Source: Vicinamibacterales bacterium
GTDB taxonomy: Bacteria; Acidobacteriota; Vicinamibacteria; Vicinamibacterales; UBA2999
NCBI GenBank assembly: GCA_040081715.1
Contig: JBEBFY010000003.1
Coordinates: 6,524 to 70,523, forward strand
Direction: 5' to 3'
Length of the DNA stretch: 64,000 nucleotides
Program-made: the position numbers and the translations under genes
In this document: positions 18,067 to 25,662 of the stretch, piece by piece
How the letters are laid out: each line of letters starts with the position of its first letter
Position numbering within the stretch: position 1 is the stretch's first letter
Notes under the pieces: generated by a model
The model's input: only the letters and a program-made list of their open reading frames with translations
Database searches by the model: none
What the model was told of the DNA's origin: nothing

Positions 18067-19788
18067 ATGAAGCGAACTGGTGCACAGGCAATATGGGCGT
18101 CGTTGGAACAGGAAGGCGTGACCACCGTATTCGGCTACCCGGGTGGGGCGATTTTGCCGACCTATGACGCGCTGCCGGACTTCCCGTCCATCCGGCACAT
18201 CCTAGTGCGCCATGAGCAGGGCGCCACGCACATGGCCGACGGCTACGCACGCGCCGGTGGCCGCGTCGGCGTGGCCATTGCCACCTCCGGCCCCGGCGCC
18301 ACGAACATGGTCACCGGCATGGCGACGGCCATGATGGACTCGTCGCCGATTGTCTGCATCACCGGCCAGGTGGGATCGGCGCTCATCGGCACGGAGGCTT
18401 TTCAGGAGACGGACATCACGGGCGTTACCCTCCCCGTCACCAAGCACAACTACCTGGTGACGAAGGCCGAGGACATCGCTCCGACGCTGCGTGAAGCCTT
18501 CTACGTGGCGCGGACGGGCCGGCCAGGCCCGGTGCACGTGGACATCACCAAGGATGCGCAGCAGAACAGTTGCGAGTTCGAGTGGGGTGAGAGCGAGATC
18601 TCGCTGCCCGGCATCAAGACCCATCGCCCCGTTGCGGCCGAGTCGCTCCGGAAAGCCGTGGAGTTGATCAACAACGCCAAGTGCCCACTGATCTTCGCGG
18701 GCCACGGCGTGCTGCTCTCCGGGGCCGTCGATGTGCTGCGTGAGTTGGCCGAGCGGGGCAACATTCCGGTGGCGATGACACTGCTGGGCATCGGCGGATT
18801 TCCGGCCCAGCATCCGCTCAACCTCGGGATGATGGGCATGCACGGGGAGGCCTGGGTGAACCACGCCATTCAGGAGGCGGACCTCATCGTGGCGTGCGGC
18901 ATGCGGTTTGACGACCGCGTGACCGGCAATCTGAAGAACTACGCACCCAACTCGAAGAAGATCCACATCGACATCGACACGACAGAGTTCAACAAGAACG
19001 TCCGGGTGGACGTGGCGTTGGCCGGCGACCTGCGTCAGGTGCTCCTCCAACTCGTCCCGCACGTGAACCGCGTCCGGCACGAGGAGTGGCACGCGCGCAT
19101 CGACGTCAACAAAGGCCACGCCGCCGTGCGCGACATCACCAACCTGCCCGACGACGGTCACCTGTATGCCGCGCATGTGATCCACGACCTGTGGAAGGCC
19201 ACCGACGGCAAGTCCATCGTCTGCACCGACGTGGGCCAGCACCAGATGTGGGAGGCGCAGTACTACAAGCACAACGAGCCGCGGACACTGCTGACCTCCG
19301 GCGGCCTCGGTACGATGGGCTTTGCCCTGCCGGCGGCTATCGGCGCGAAGATGGCGTGCCCGGATGCCGACGTATGGGCCGTGGCCGGCGACGGCGGGTT
19401 CCAGATGACCATGCCCGAACTGGGCACCATGGCCCAGGAACACATCAAGGTCAACGTCGCCATCATCAACAACGGCTACCTCGGCATGGTGCGGCAATGG
19501 CAGCAGTTCTTCTATGAGAAGCGCTACACCGCCACGCCAATCCTCAGCCCGGACTTCGCGAAGGTCGCAGAGGCCTATGGACTGAAGGGCCAGACGGTCC
19601 GGCAGCGCAGCGAGGTGATTCCTGCGGCCCTGGCGGCGCGCGCGCACAGCAAGGGCGCGATCATCGACTTCCAGGTGGAGCAGGAGGATTCGGTGTACCC
19701 GATGGTGCCCACCGGTGCGGCATTGCACGAGATGATCACGCGCGGCGGCGTGGCCAACCCGATCGTGGAAACCAGCGCCAGCGTCTGA
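18067..19788 (+). CDS. ilvB: acetolactate synthase (acetohydroxyacid synthase) large subunit, biosynthetic type
   Basis: N-terminal GAQAIWASLEQEGVTTVFGYPGGAILP and TPP motif GDGGFQMTMPELGT...NNGYLGMVRQWQ. The ATG at 18067 is chosen over the track start at 18028. No ilvN follows it. Confidence 0.9.
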   Translation: MKRTGAQAIWASLEQEGVTTVFGYPGGAILPTYDALPDFPSIRHILVRHEQGATHMADGYARAGGRVGVAIATSGPGATNMVTGMATAMMDSSPIVCITGQVGSALIGTEAFQETDITGVTLPVTKHNYLVTKAEDIAPTLREAFYVARTGRPGPVHVDITKDAQQNSCEFEWGESEISLPGIKTHRPVAAESLRKAVELINNAKCPLIFAGHGVLLSGAVDVLRELAERGNIPVAMTLLGIGGFPAQHPLNLGMMGMHGEAWVNHAIQEADLIVACGMRFDDRVTGNLKNYAPNSKKIHIDIDTTEFNKNVRVDVALAGDLRQVLLQLVPHVNRVRHEEWHARIDVNKGHAAVRDITNLPDDGHLYAAHVIHDLWKATDGKSIVCTDVGQHQMWEAQYYKHNEPRTLLTSGGLGTMGFALPAAIGAKMACPDADVWAVAGDGGFQMTMPELGTMAQEHIKVNVAIINNGYLGMVRQWQQFFYEKRYTATPILSPDFAKVAEAYGLKGQTVRQRSEVIPAALAARAHSKGAIIDFQVEQEDSVYPMVPTGAALHEMITRGGVANPIVETSASV

Positions 19789-19802
19789 GTCGGCGGCCGG
19801 GG

Positions 19803-21983
19803 TCAGTAGTTCAGCAACGCCTTGGCCGCGGCCACAACCTTGGCCGTGGTCGGCAGGTGGGCCTCTTCCAGCTCCGTGGCGAATGGCACCGGTGTGTTGG
19901 CCGCGGCCACAAGCTGCACGGGCGCGTCGAGGTCGCTGAACGACGCGCGGACGATCTCGGTGACGATGGTGGTGCCGAAGCTGCCCGTGCGCGGCGCCTC
20001 GCAGGTGACGAGCACACGGTTGGTCTTCTTCACCGACGCGGCGATGGTCTCGATATCGAGCGGCAGCACGGTGCGCAGGTCGATGACCTCGGCGGCGATG
20101 CCCTCCTTCGCCAGTTCCATGGCGGCCTCGGCGGCGCGGATCGTCTGTGAGCCAAACGACACGATGGTGAGGTCCTTGCCCTCGCGGATCACGCGGGCCT
20201 TGCCGATCGGCACCACGTAGTCCTCCTCGGGCACGGGCAGGTTGAGCCCCTCGGGAAGCCGCTCCGGCTTGATGCGGTAGTAGTTCTTGTACTCGAGAAA
20301 GAGCACCGGGTTGCCGTCGCGCACGGCGGCCTTGAGCAGCCCCTTGGCGTCAAAGGCCGTGATGGGCGCCACGATCTTCAGCCCCGGCGTGGAGGCGAAC
20401 CAGGACTCGGGGTTGACCGAGTGGTAGATCGAGGTGTTGGTCGCCCAGCCGGACGGGAAGCGCAGGACGATCCCGACGGGGCCCATCTCCCGGACGTTCT
20501 GGGTGGCTGCGTAGTTGACGATCATCTTGAAGGCTTCCGACGCGAAGTCGGCGTACTGGAACTCGACGATTGGCGTCAGCCCGGCCAGTTGTGCGCCGAG
20601 CGCGATGCCGACATAGCCGGCTTCCGCAATCGGGGAGTCGATGATGCGGCGCTGACGGAACGGGGCGTCCTTCTTGTCCCACGACTCGGCCCAGTCGATG
20701 CCGTCGTAGCGCTTCGAGAAGCCCTCGCTGATTTTGAAGGCGCCGTTGCTGACGCCGATGTCCTCACCGATCATGAAGACGTTCGGGTCTCGGTCCAGTT
20801 CTTCCTGGAGCCCCTCGCGAATCGCCTGGTGATAGGTGATCGACTTGCCCGTGCCCGTGGGCACAACGAGCGGGTTGGCGTGGACGGGCGCGGGCGCGAA
20901 CACCTGCGACTCGATGTCGATGGCCACCGGCCTCGGGCTCTCTTCCGTCTTGAGAGCGGCAGCCAGCACTTCGGCCGTCACGCGGGAGTCGATGTCGCCC
21001 AGCTCGCTCTCCGAGGCCACGCGGGCCTTGAGGAGGCGGTCGCGGAAAGTGACGATCGGGTCCTTGGCCTTCCAGGCATTGAGCTGCTCGGCGGGCACGT
21101 AGGACGTGAAGGGGTCGGCCAGCGAGTGACCGTCCATGCGCATCGTGGCGGCTTCGATGATGGTGACGCCGCCGGTCTCGCGTCCCCGGGCCACGGCCTT
21201 CGACACCGTATCAAAGACGGTGACGACATTGGTGCCGTCGATCCAGTAGCCCTCGGTCTGCTTGCCGTAGCCGAGCGCGCGCAGCGTGAGCGTCGGGGCG
21301 GAATACTCAAGCCGGTTCGGCGTGCCGAACGCCCACTGGTTGTTCTCGATGACGAGCACCAGGGGAATCCGCATCACCGCGGCGATGTTGAGCGCCTCGT
21401 GCACGTCGCCTGTGCTGGTCGTGCCGTCACCGACGAAGGCCAGCGCCACGGAGTCTCTGCCCTGATACTGCTCGCCGAAGGCGCACCCCGCCCCAAGGGG
21501 AATCAGCGTGCCGAGATGGCTGATGAGGCCCACCACCTTCGAGGCCTTGTGGCCCATGTGGAGGCTGCCGTCCCAGCCACCGGAGAGCCCGTCCATCCGG
21601 CCGCAGGCCTGGGCGATGACACGCGAGGGCGGCACGCCGCGCACGAGGAAGGCTCCAAGGTCGCGGATGGCGAGCGTGGCCCAGTCGCCTGGCTGCAGCG
21701 CCGCGGTGGCGCCCACGGCCGTGGCCTCGTTGCCGGTGCAGGGCAGGTGCTTGCCGAGGGCGATGCCCTTGCGCGACATCTTGACGATCTCAAGATCGGT
21801 CGCCCGCGTGAGAGCCATGTAGTAGTAAAGGCGGAGGAGCTGGTCCTTCGAGTACCCGTCGAGGACGGGTGCCGGCACCCACGAGAGGCCGGAAGAAGAG
21901 ACGTGGAGCGACTTCTGGTCGAGGTCGCGCGTGACGTCAGTCTGTTCGAGTTCCTGGTAGATGCCGGCCAAGGAGCTAATCAT
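19803..21983 (-). CDS. 2-oxoacid dehydrogenase E1 component, fused alpha/beta subunits (TPP-dependent)
   Basis: The N-terminal half is E1-alpha-like (GDGTTSTGDVHEALNIAAV). The C-terminal half is E1-beta/transketolase-like (IGEDIGVSNGAFKISEG, IIDSPIAEAG). 726 aa. Confidence 0.8.
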   Translation of the reverse strand: MISSLAGIYQELEQTDVTRDLDQKSLHVSSSGLSWVPAPVLDGYSKDQLLRLYYYMALTRATDLEIVKMSRKGIALGKHLPCTGNEATAVGATAALQPGDWATLAIRDLGAFLVRGVPPSRVIAQACGRMDGLSGGWDGSLHMGHKASKVVGLISHLGTLIPLGAGCAFGEQYQGRDSVALAFVGDGTTSTGDVHEALNIAAVMRIPLVLVIENNQWAFGTPNRLEYSAPTLTLRALGYGKQTEGYWIDGTNVVTVFDTVSKAVARGRETGGVTIIEAATMRMDGHSLADPFTSYVPAEQLNAWKAKDPIVTFRDRLLKARVASESELGDIDSRVTAEVLAAALKTEESPRPVAIDIESQVFAPAPVHANPLVVPTGTGKSITYHQAIREGLQEELDRDPNVFMIGEDIGVSNGAFKISEGFSKRYDGIDWAESWDKKDAPFRQRRIIDSPIAEAGYVGIALGAQLAGLTPIVEFQYADFASEAFKMIVNYAATQNVREMGPVGIVLRFPSGWATNTSIYHSVNPESWFASTPGLKIVAPITAFDAKGLLKAAVRDGNPVLFLEYKNYYRIKPERLPEGLNLPVPEEDYVVPIGKARVIREGKDLTIVSFGSQTIRAAEAAMELAKEGIAAEVIDLRTVLPLDIETIAASVKKTNRVLVTCEAPRTGSFGTTIVTEIVRASFSDLDAPVQLVAAANTPVPFATELEEAHLPTTAKVVAAAKALLNY

Positions 21984-22046
21984 GTGGGTGTCCGGGAGGG
22001 TGCGGGGACCCCGAGTGGGTCGCCCTGATTATGGAAACATAATAGA

Positions 22047-22907
22047 TCAGCTCGGGCCCGGCGACTCCTCTTCAGGCGGCAGCGTGGCGAAGAAGCGGTA
22101 CAGGAGCCACGCGTCGAGCGCACCGACGACCACCATCACCAGATAGGCCGCGTTGGTGGCGGTGATCCGCATCTCGCCCAGCAGGCGCGACAGGCCGAAG
22201 GCCACGACCCACGCATCGAAACTCATGCAGACGCGGCGGAAGGTCTCCGGCCGGATGCGCTGAATCAGGAACGAGCCGATGGGCACGCCGATGAGGATGC
22301 TGGGCAGGATGACCGGGATCAGCCGGAAGCTCGCCTCGTTGTGCAGGCCGGCATAGAGATACGCCACCGCCGTCAGGGACGACTCTGCCAGCCGGATCAC
22401 ACCCAGCGCGGCGCGGAAGTTCCGCTTGGTCAGGCCCTGGTTGCTGAGCATCACGGCCAGCGGCGGCCCCGAGATGGTGGTGACGGAATAGAGCACGCCG
22501 AGACCGACGCCGAAGACGCCGCCGACGGCCCGTTCCGATTTGATCGGGCGCCGGAAGCCAGCCGCCTGGACCAGGATGAGCGGGAGCAGCACGATGTAGG
22601 TGATGAGTTTCAGTGGAGACGGGTTGACCTGGGCGACCAGTGCCGTGCCCGCGATAACGCCGGGCACGAGGCCGAGGACGATGGGCAGCACCCGGCGCCA
22701 GACCTGTGGCAGGGCGTCACGATTCACCCACAGGACGTAACTGTTGAGCACGACCTCGATGAGGACGAGGGCGGGATTGAGGACCCGGTTGGCGAGAAAG
22801 AGCAGGGCTAACGGGACGGTGATCGAGGAGAACCCGTACCCGAGCGCACCGTTGACGATCGCGGCCCCGAGGGTGATGGCTGCCAGTGGCAGAAGGTAGT
22901 CGTCCAT
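22047..22907 (-). CDS. TauE/SafE (TSUP, DUF81) family anion permease
   Basis: About 8 predicted TM segments and an N-terminal segment AITLGAAIVNGALGYGFSSITVPLALLFL typical of TSUP. AGGA Shine-Dalgarno upstream of the ATG. Confidence 0.8.
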   Translation of the reverse strand: MDDYLLPLAAITLGAAIVNGALGYGFSSITVPLALLFLANRVLNPALVLIEVVLNSYVLWVNRDALPQVWRRVLPIVLGLVPGVIAGTALVAQVNPSPLKLITYIVLLPLILVQAAGFRRPIKSERAVGGVFGVGLGVLYSVTTISGPPLAVMLSNQGLTKRNFRAALGVIRLAESSLTAVAYLYAGLHNEASFRLIPVILPSILIGVPIGSFLIQRIRPETFRRVCMSFDAWVVAFGLSRLLGEMRITATNAAYLVMVVVGALDAWLLYRFFATLPPEEESPGPS

Positions 22908-22922
22908 GCGTCAGTCCTGTTG

Positions 22923-22960
22923 AAAACACAAAAGCCCGGGCGGTGGTGACCGCTCCGGGC
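22923..22960 (-). terminator. intrinsic terminator in the 5' leader of the TSUP permease gene
   Basis: On the minus strand: GCCCGG(A)GCGGT-CACC-ACCGCCCGGGC (11 bp, one bulge) followed by TTTTGTGTTTT. It ends about 15 nt before the permease ATG. Confidence 0.7.
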
Positions 22961-22991
22961 TCGAATCCTGGTGGTGCGCTGCGCGCTGGAA

Positions 22992-23069
22992 CTAGGCAGG
23001 CACGTGGGGACGGCTCGGAGGCGGACCGAGAAGGGAACAACAACACGCCTGACACGCCGTCGCGAACAT
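22992..23069 (-). CDS. Cys-rich leader peptide (25 aa) of the TSUP permease attenuator
   Basis: Translates as MFATACQACCCSLLGPPPSRPHVPA*. It has four TGT codons, three of them consecutive (23045-23037), and TGT looks rare in this GC-rich genome. It lies between a candidate promoter and the terminator. Confidence 0.6.
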   Translation of the reverse strand: MFATACQACCCSLLGPPPSRPHVPA

Positions 23070-23079
23070 GAGTGGAACG

Positions 23080-23109
23080 GTTGTACCCGACCGGATTCGG
23101 GATTGTCAA
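23080..23109 (-). promoter_or_regulatory. candidate sigma-70 promoter (TTGACA-18 nt-TACAAC) for the minus-strand Cys leader
   Basis: Perfect -35 at 23109-23104 and -10 at 23085-23080 on the minus strand. The leader ATG is only 10 nt past the -10, so the mRNA would be near-leaderless. Confidence 0.4.
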
Positions 23110-23167
23110 CGCGTCGGGCCAGCTGGCTGGCCCGGCCGGCATGGGACCGCGCCGCGTCCCCGGTGTG

Positions 23168-23197
23168 TGGACGCTCCCAATCGGGAAGTGCTAAAGT
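23168..23197 (+). promoter_or_regulatory. candidate promoter (TGGACG-18 nt-TAAAGT) for the plus-strand Cys leader
   Basis: Weaker match. The -10 (23192-23197) lies 12 nt upstream of the leader ATG at 23210. Confidence 0.25.
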
Positions 23198-23209
23198 GCT
23201 GATCAGTCC

Positions 23210-23287
23210 ATGGTTCCGGCTACCTGCCCGTGCGCGTGTTGTTGTTGCATGAGGCCCTCTTCGGGGGCCCGCGGCAGAAGTCTGTAG
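23210..23287 (+). CDS. Cys-rich leader peptide (25 aa) of the cysDN attenuator
   Basis: Translates as MVPATCPCACCCCMRPSSGARGRSL*. Six Cys fall within eight codons (23225-23248), including TGT TGT TGT TGC. A terminator follows 55 nt later. Confidence 0.6.
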   Translation: MVPATCPCACCCCMRPSSGARGRSL

Positions 23288-23341
23288 GTCCGGACGTTCG
23301 GACGGGAAACGCGCACTGAACCACGCGCAACAGATCTGAGG

Positions 23342-23372
23342 CCCGGGACCCATCGGTCCCGGGTTTTTTTTT
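23342..23372 (+). terminator. intrinsic terminator in the cysD 5' leader
   Basis: CCCGGGACC-CATC-GGTCCCGGG (9 bp perfect) followed by nine T residues. It ends 14 nt before the cysD ATG. Confidence 0.8.
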
Positions 23373-23386
23373 GCTGACAGCCGACT

Positions 23387-24337
23387 ATGCCTACTGCACA
23401 ATCCGTCGCCGGTCCGGCCTCAGGCGCCACGCCCCAGCCGCGGCTCGACCATCTGCGCCGCCTTGAGGCGGAGAGCATCCACATCCTCCGAGAGGTGGTG
23501 GCCGAGTTCGAGCGGCCGGTGATGATGTACTCGGTCGGGAAGGACTCGTCGGTGATGCTGCGCCTGGCCCAGAAGGCGTTCCACCCGGCGCCCATTCCGT
23601 TCCCGCTGCTGCACATCGACACGACGTACAAGTTCAAGGAGATGATCGAGTTCCGCGACCGCATGGCCGCCGAGGTCGGGGCGAAGCTCATCGTTCACAT
23701 CAACAAAGAAGCCATCGCCGACGGGACGCAGCCCTTCAAGGTGGGCACGCAGCGCTGCTGCCAGTTGCTCAAGACCACGGGCCTTCTCGACGCCCTGGCT
23801 GAAGGGCAGTTTGACGCGGCGTTCGGCGGTGCCCGCCGCGACGAGGAACGGTCCCGCGCCAAGGAGCGGGTGTTTTCGCTGCGCGACACGCACGGCCAGT
23901 GGGACCCGAAGCGGCAGCGGCCGGAACTTTGGAGCCTGCTGAACAGCCGGCTGAATCCAGGGGAGAGCATCCGCGTGTTTCCGCTGTCCAACTGGACCGA
24001 GATCGACATCTGGCAGTACATCCATGCCGAGAACATCCCCGTGGTGCCGCTCTACTTTGCGAAGGAGCGGGAGGCCCTCGTGCGTGGCGACTCGATTCTC
24101 GTCAGGGAGCAGTCGTTCGTGCCCATGCTGCCCAGCGAGAAGACACAGATGGTCAAGTGCCGGATGCGGTCGCTCGGGTGCTCGCCCTGCACGGGTGCCA
24201 TCCGGTCCGACGCCACGACGGTGCCGATGATCATCGAAGAGCTGGTGGCGGCGCGGAACTCCGAACGGCAGCTCCGGATCATTGACCACGACCAGGACGG
24301 GTCCATGGAAGTGAAGAAGCGCGAGGGCTACTTCTAG
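23387..24337 (+). CDS. cysD: sulfate adenylyltransferase subunit 2 (CysD)
   Basis: [36 protein letters not shown] (PAPS-reductase-like fold) and C-terminal [18 protein letters not shown]. Confidence 0.9.
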   Translation: MPTAQSVAGPASGATPQPRLDHLRRLEAESIHILREVVAEFERPVMMYSVGKDSSVMLRLAQKAFHPAPIPFPLLHIDTTYKFKEMIEFRDRMAAEVGAKLIVHINKEAIADGTQPFKVGTQRCCQLLKTTGLLDALAEGQFDAAFGGARRDEERSRAKERVFSLRDTHGQWDPKRQRPELWSLLNSRLNPGESIRVFPLSNWTEIDIWQYIHAENIPVVPLYFAKEREALVRGDSILVREQSFVPMLPSEKTQMVKCRMRSLGCSPCTGAIRSDATTVPMIIEELVAARNSERQLRIIDHDQDGSMEVKKREGYF

Positions 24338-25641
24338 TGCCGGGACTCCTCCGCATCTGTACCGCTGGCAGCGTCGACGACGGCAAGAGCACGCTCATCG
24401 GGCGGCTGCTGCACGACTCGCGGTCCGTCTACGAGGACCAGATCTCCTCGGTGCAGAAGGCCTCGAAGAACCGGGTGGCCGGTCCGATCGACTTTTCGCT
24501 GTTCACCGACGGCCTGAAGGCGGAGCGGGAGCAGGGCATCACGATCGACGTGGCGTACCGGTACTTCGCCACGGCGCATCGCAAGTTCATTCTGGCCGAC
24601 ACGCCGGGCCACGAGCAGTACACGCGCAACATGGCCACCGGGGCGTCGACCGCGGACCTGGCCATCCTGCTGGTGGACGCCAGGCAGGGCGTCAAGGATC
24701 AGTCGCGCCGGCATGCCCGGATCGCGCGCCTGCTCGGGATCACGCACTTCGTGGTGGCCGTCAACAAGATGGACCTCGTGGGGTTCGACAAGGCCATCTA
24801 CGACGGCATCTGCGCGGAGTTCGCCGAGATCCTCAAGGGGTCCTCGTTTCATGCCATCCCGATGAGTGCTCTCGAGGGCGACAACGTCATCGCGCTCAGC
24901 GAGCGGACGCCCTGGTTTACCGGACCGAGTCTGCTGGAGCACCTGGAGACCGTCGAAGTCGATACGGATGTGACGGCGAAGCCCTTCCGGTTTCCGGTGC
25001 AGATCGTGCTGCGGCCTCACCAGGACTTTCGCGGCTACGCCGGGCAGATTCAGTCCGGCATCGTGCACCGCGGGGATGAGGTGACGGTGTGGCCGTCCGG
25101 CCGGTCCACGGCCGTCAAGCGCATCGTGACCTACGACGGCGACGTGGAGACGGCGTTTGCCCCGATGTCGGTCACGCTCGTCCTCGAGGACGAAATCGAC
25201 ATCAGCCGTGGCGACACGCTCGTGGCCGGTCCCGTGCAGGTGGGGCAGCGCTTCCAGGCCGACATCGTGTGGATGGACGAGCGGCCGCTCGACCCCACCC
25301 GCATGTATGTCCTCAAGCACTCCACCCGCGTGGTGACGGCCGAGATCGACCGCCCGTTCGAGCTGAACGCGATCCATTCCGCGGTGGTCCGCACGTCGCG
25401 GCCCATCATCTTCGACAGCTACACGGACAACCGTGCCACGGGCAGCTTCATCCTGATCGACCCGGCCACCAATTTCACCTGCGGTGCCGGGATGATCGGT
25501 CTGCCGACCGAGGACGACCGCGCCAGTCGCGCGAACGAAGGTGCCGCAGAGCGCCTGGCCAGAATTGCCCGGGCGGCCGCTACCGATGCGGAGGCCGTGG
25601 CCGCGGTGCGGGCGGCACTCGAGGACATCATCAAGTACTGA
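24337..25641 (+). CDS. cysN: sulfate adenylyltransferase subunit 1 (CysN GTPase), no CysC fusion
   Basis: GTPase boxes GSVDDGKSTLIGRLL, DTPGHEQY and NKMDL. The GTG start overlaps the cysD stop (TAGTG). 434 aa, so no APS-kinase domain. Confidence 0.9.
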   Translation: MPGLLRICTAGSVDDGKSTLIGRLLHDSRSVYEDQISSVQKASKNRVAGPIDFSLFTDGLKAEREQGITIDVAYRYFATAHRKFILADTPGHEQYTRNMATGASTADLAILLVDARQGVKDQSRRHARIARLLGITHFVVAVNKMDLVGFDKAIYDGICAEFAEILKGSSFHAIPMSALEGDNVIALSERTPWFTGPSLLEHLETVEVDTDVTAKPFRFPVQIVLRPHQDFRGYAGQIQSGIVHRGDEVTVWPSGRSTAVKRIVTYDGDVETAFAPMSVTLVLEDEIDISRGDTLVAGPVQVGQRFQADIVWMDERPLDPTRMYVLKHSTRVVTAEIDRPFELNAIHSAVVRTSRPIIFDSYTDNRATGSFILIDPATNFTCGAGMIGLPTEDDRASRANEGAAERLARIARAAATDAEAVAAVRAALEDIIKY

Positions 25642-25662
25642 CGCCCCGGGAGGGGTGGGCCC

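Noticed and set aside
22956-22975. tRNA T-arm-like motif CCGGG-CTCGAAT-CCTGG on the plus strand
   Set aside because: No matching acceptor, D or anticodon arms could be built around it. Any tRNA or tmRNA body would have to lie inside the TSUP coding sequence. The motif is better explained as part of the minus-strand leader and terminator.
22908-23386. Possibility that the long intergenic region encodes RNase P RNA, tmRNA, 6S RNA or a known riboswitch. The gtgctaaag at 23188-23196 superficially recalls the SAM-I GGUGCUAAA box.
   Set aside because: None of the RNase P (GAGGAAAGTCC, ACAGAA..GGCTTA), tmRNA (tRNA-like ends) or SAM-I core (GAGGGA...GCAACC) elements are present on either strand. The two Cys-rich mini-ORFs plus terminators explain the region better. 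A covariance-model scan would be the decisive check.
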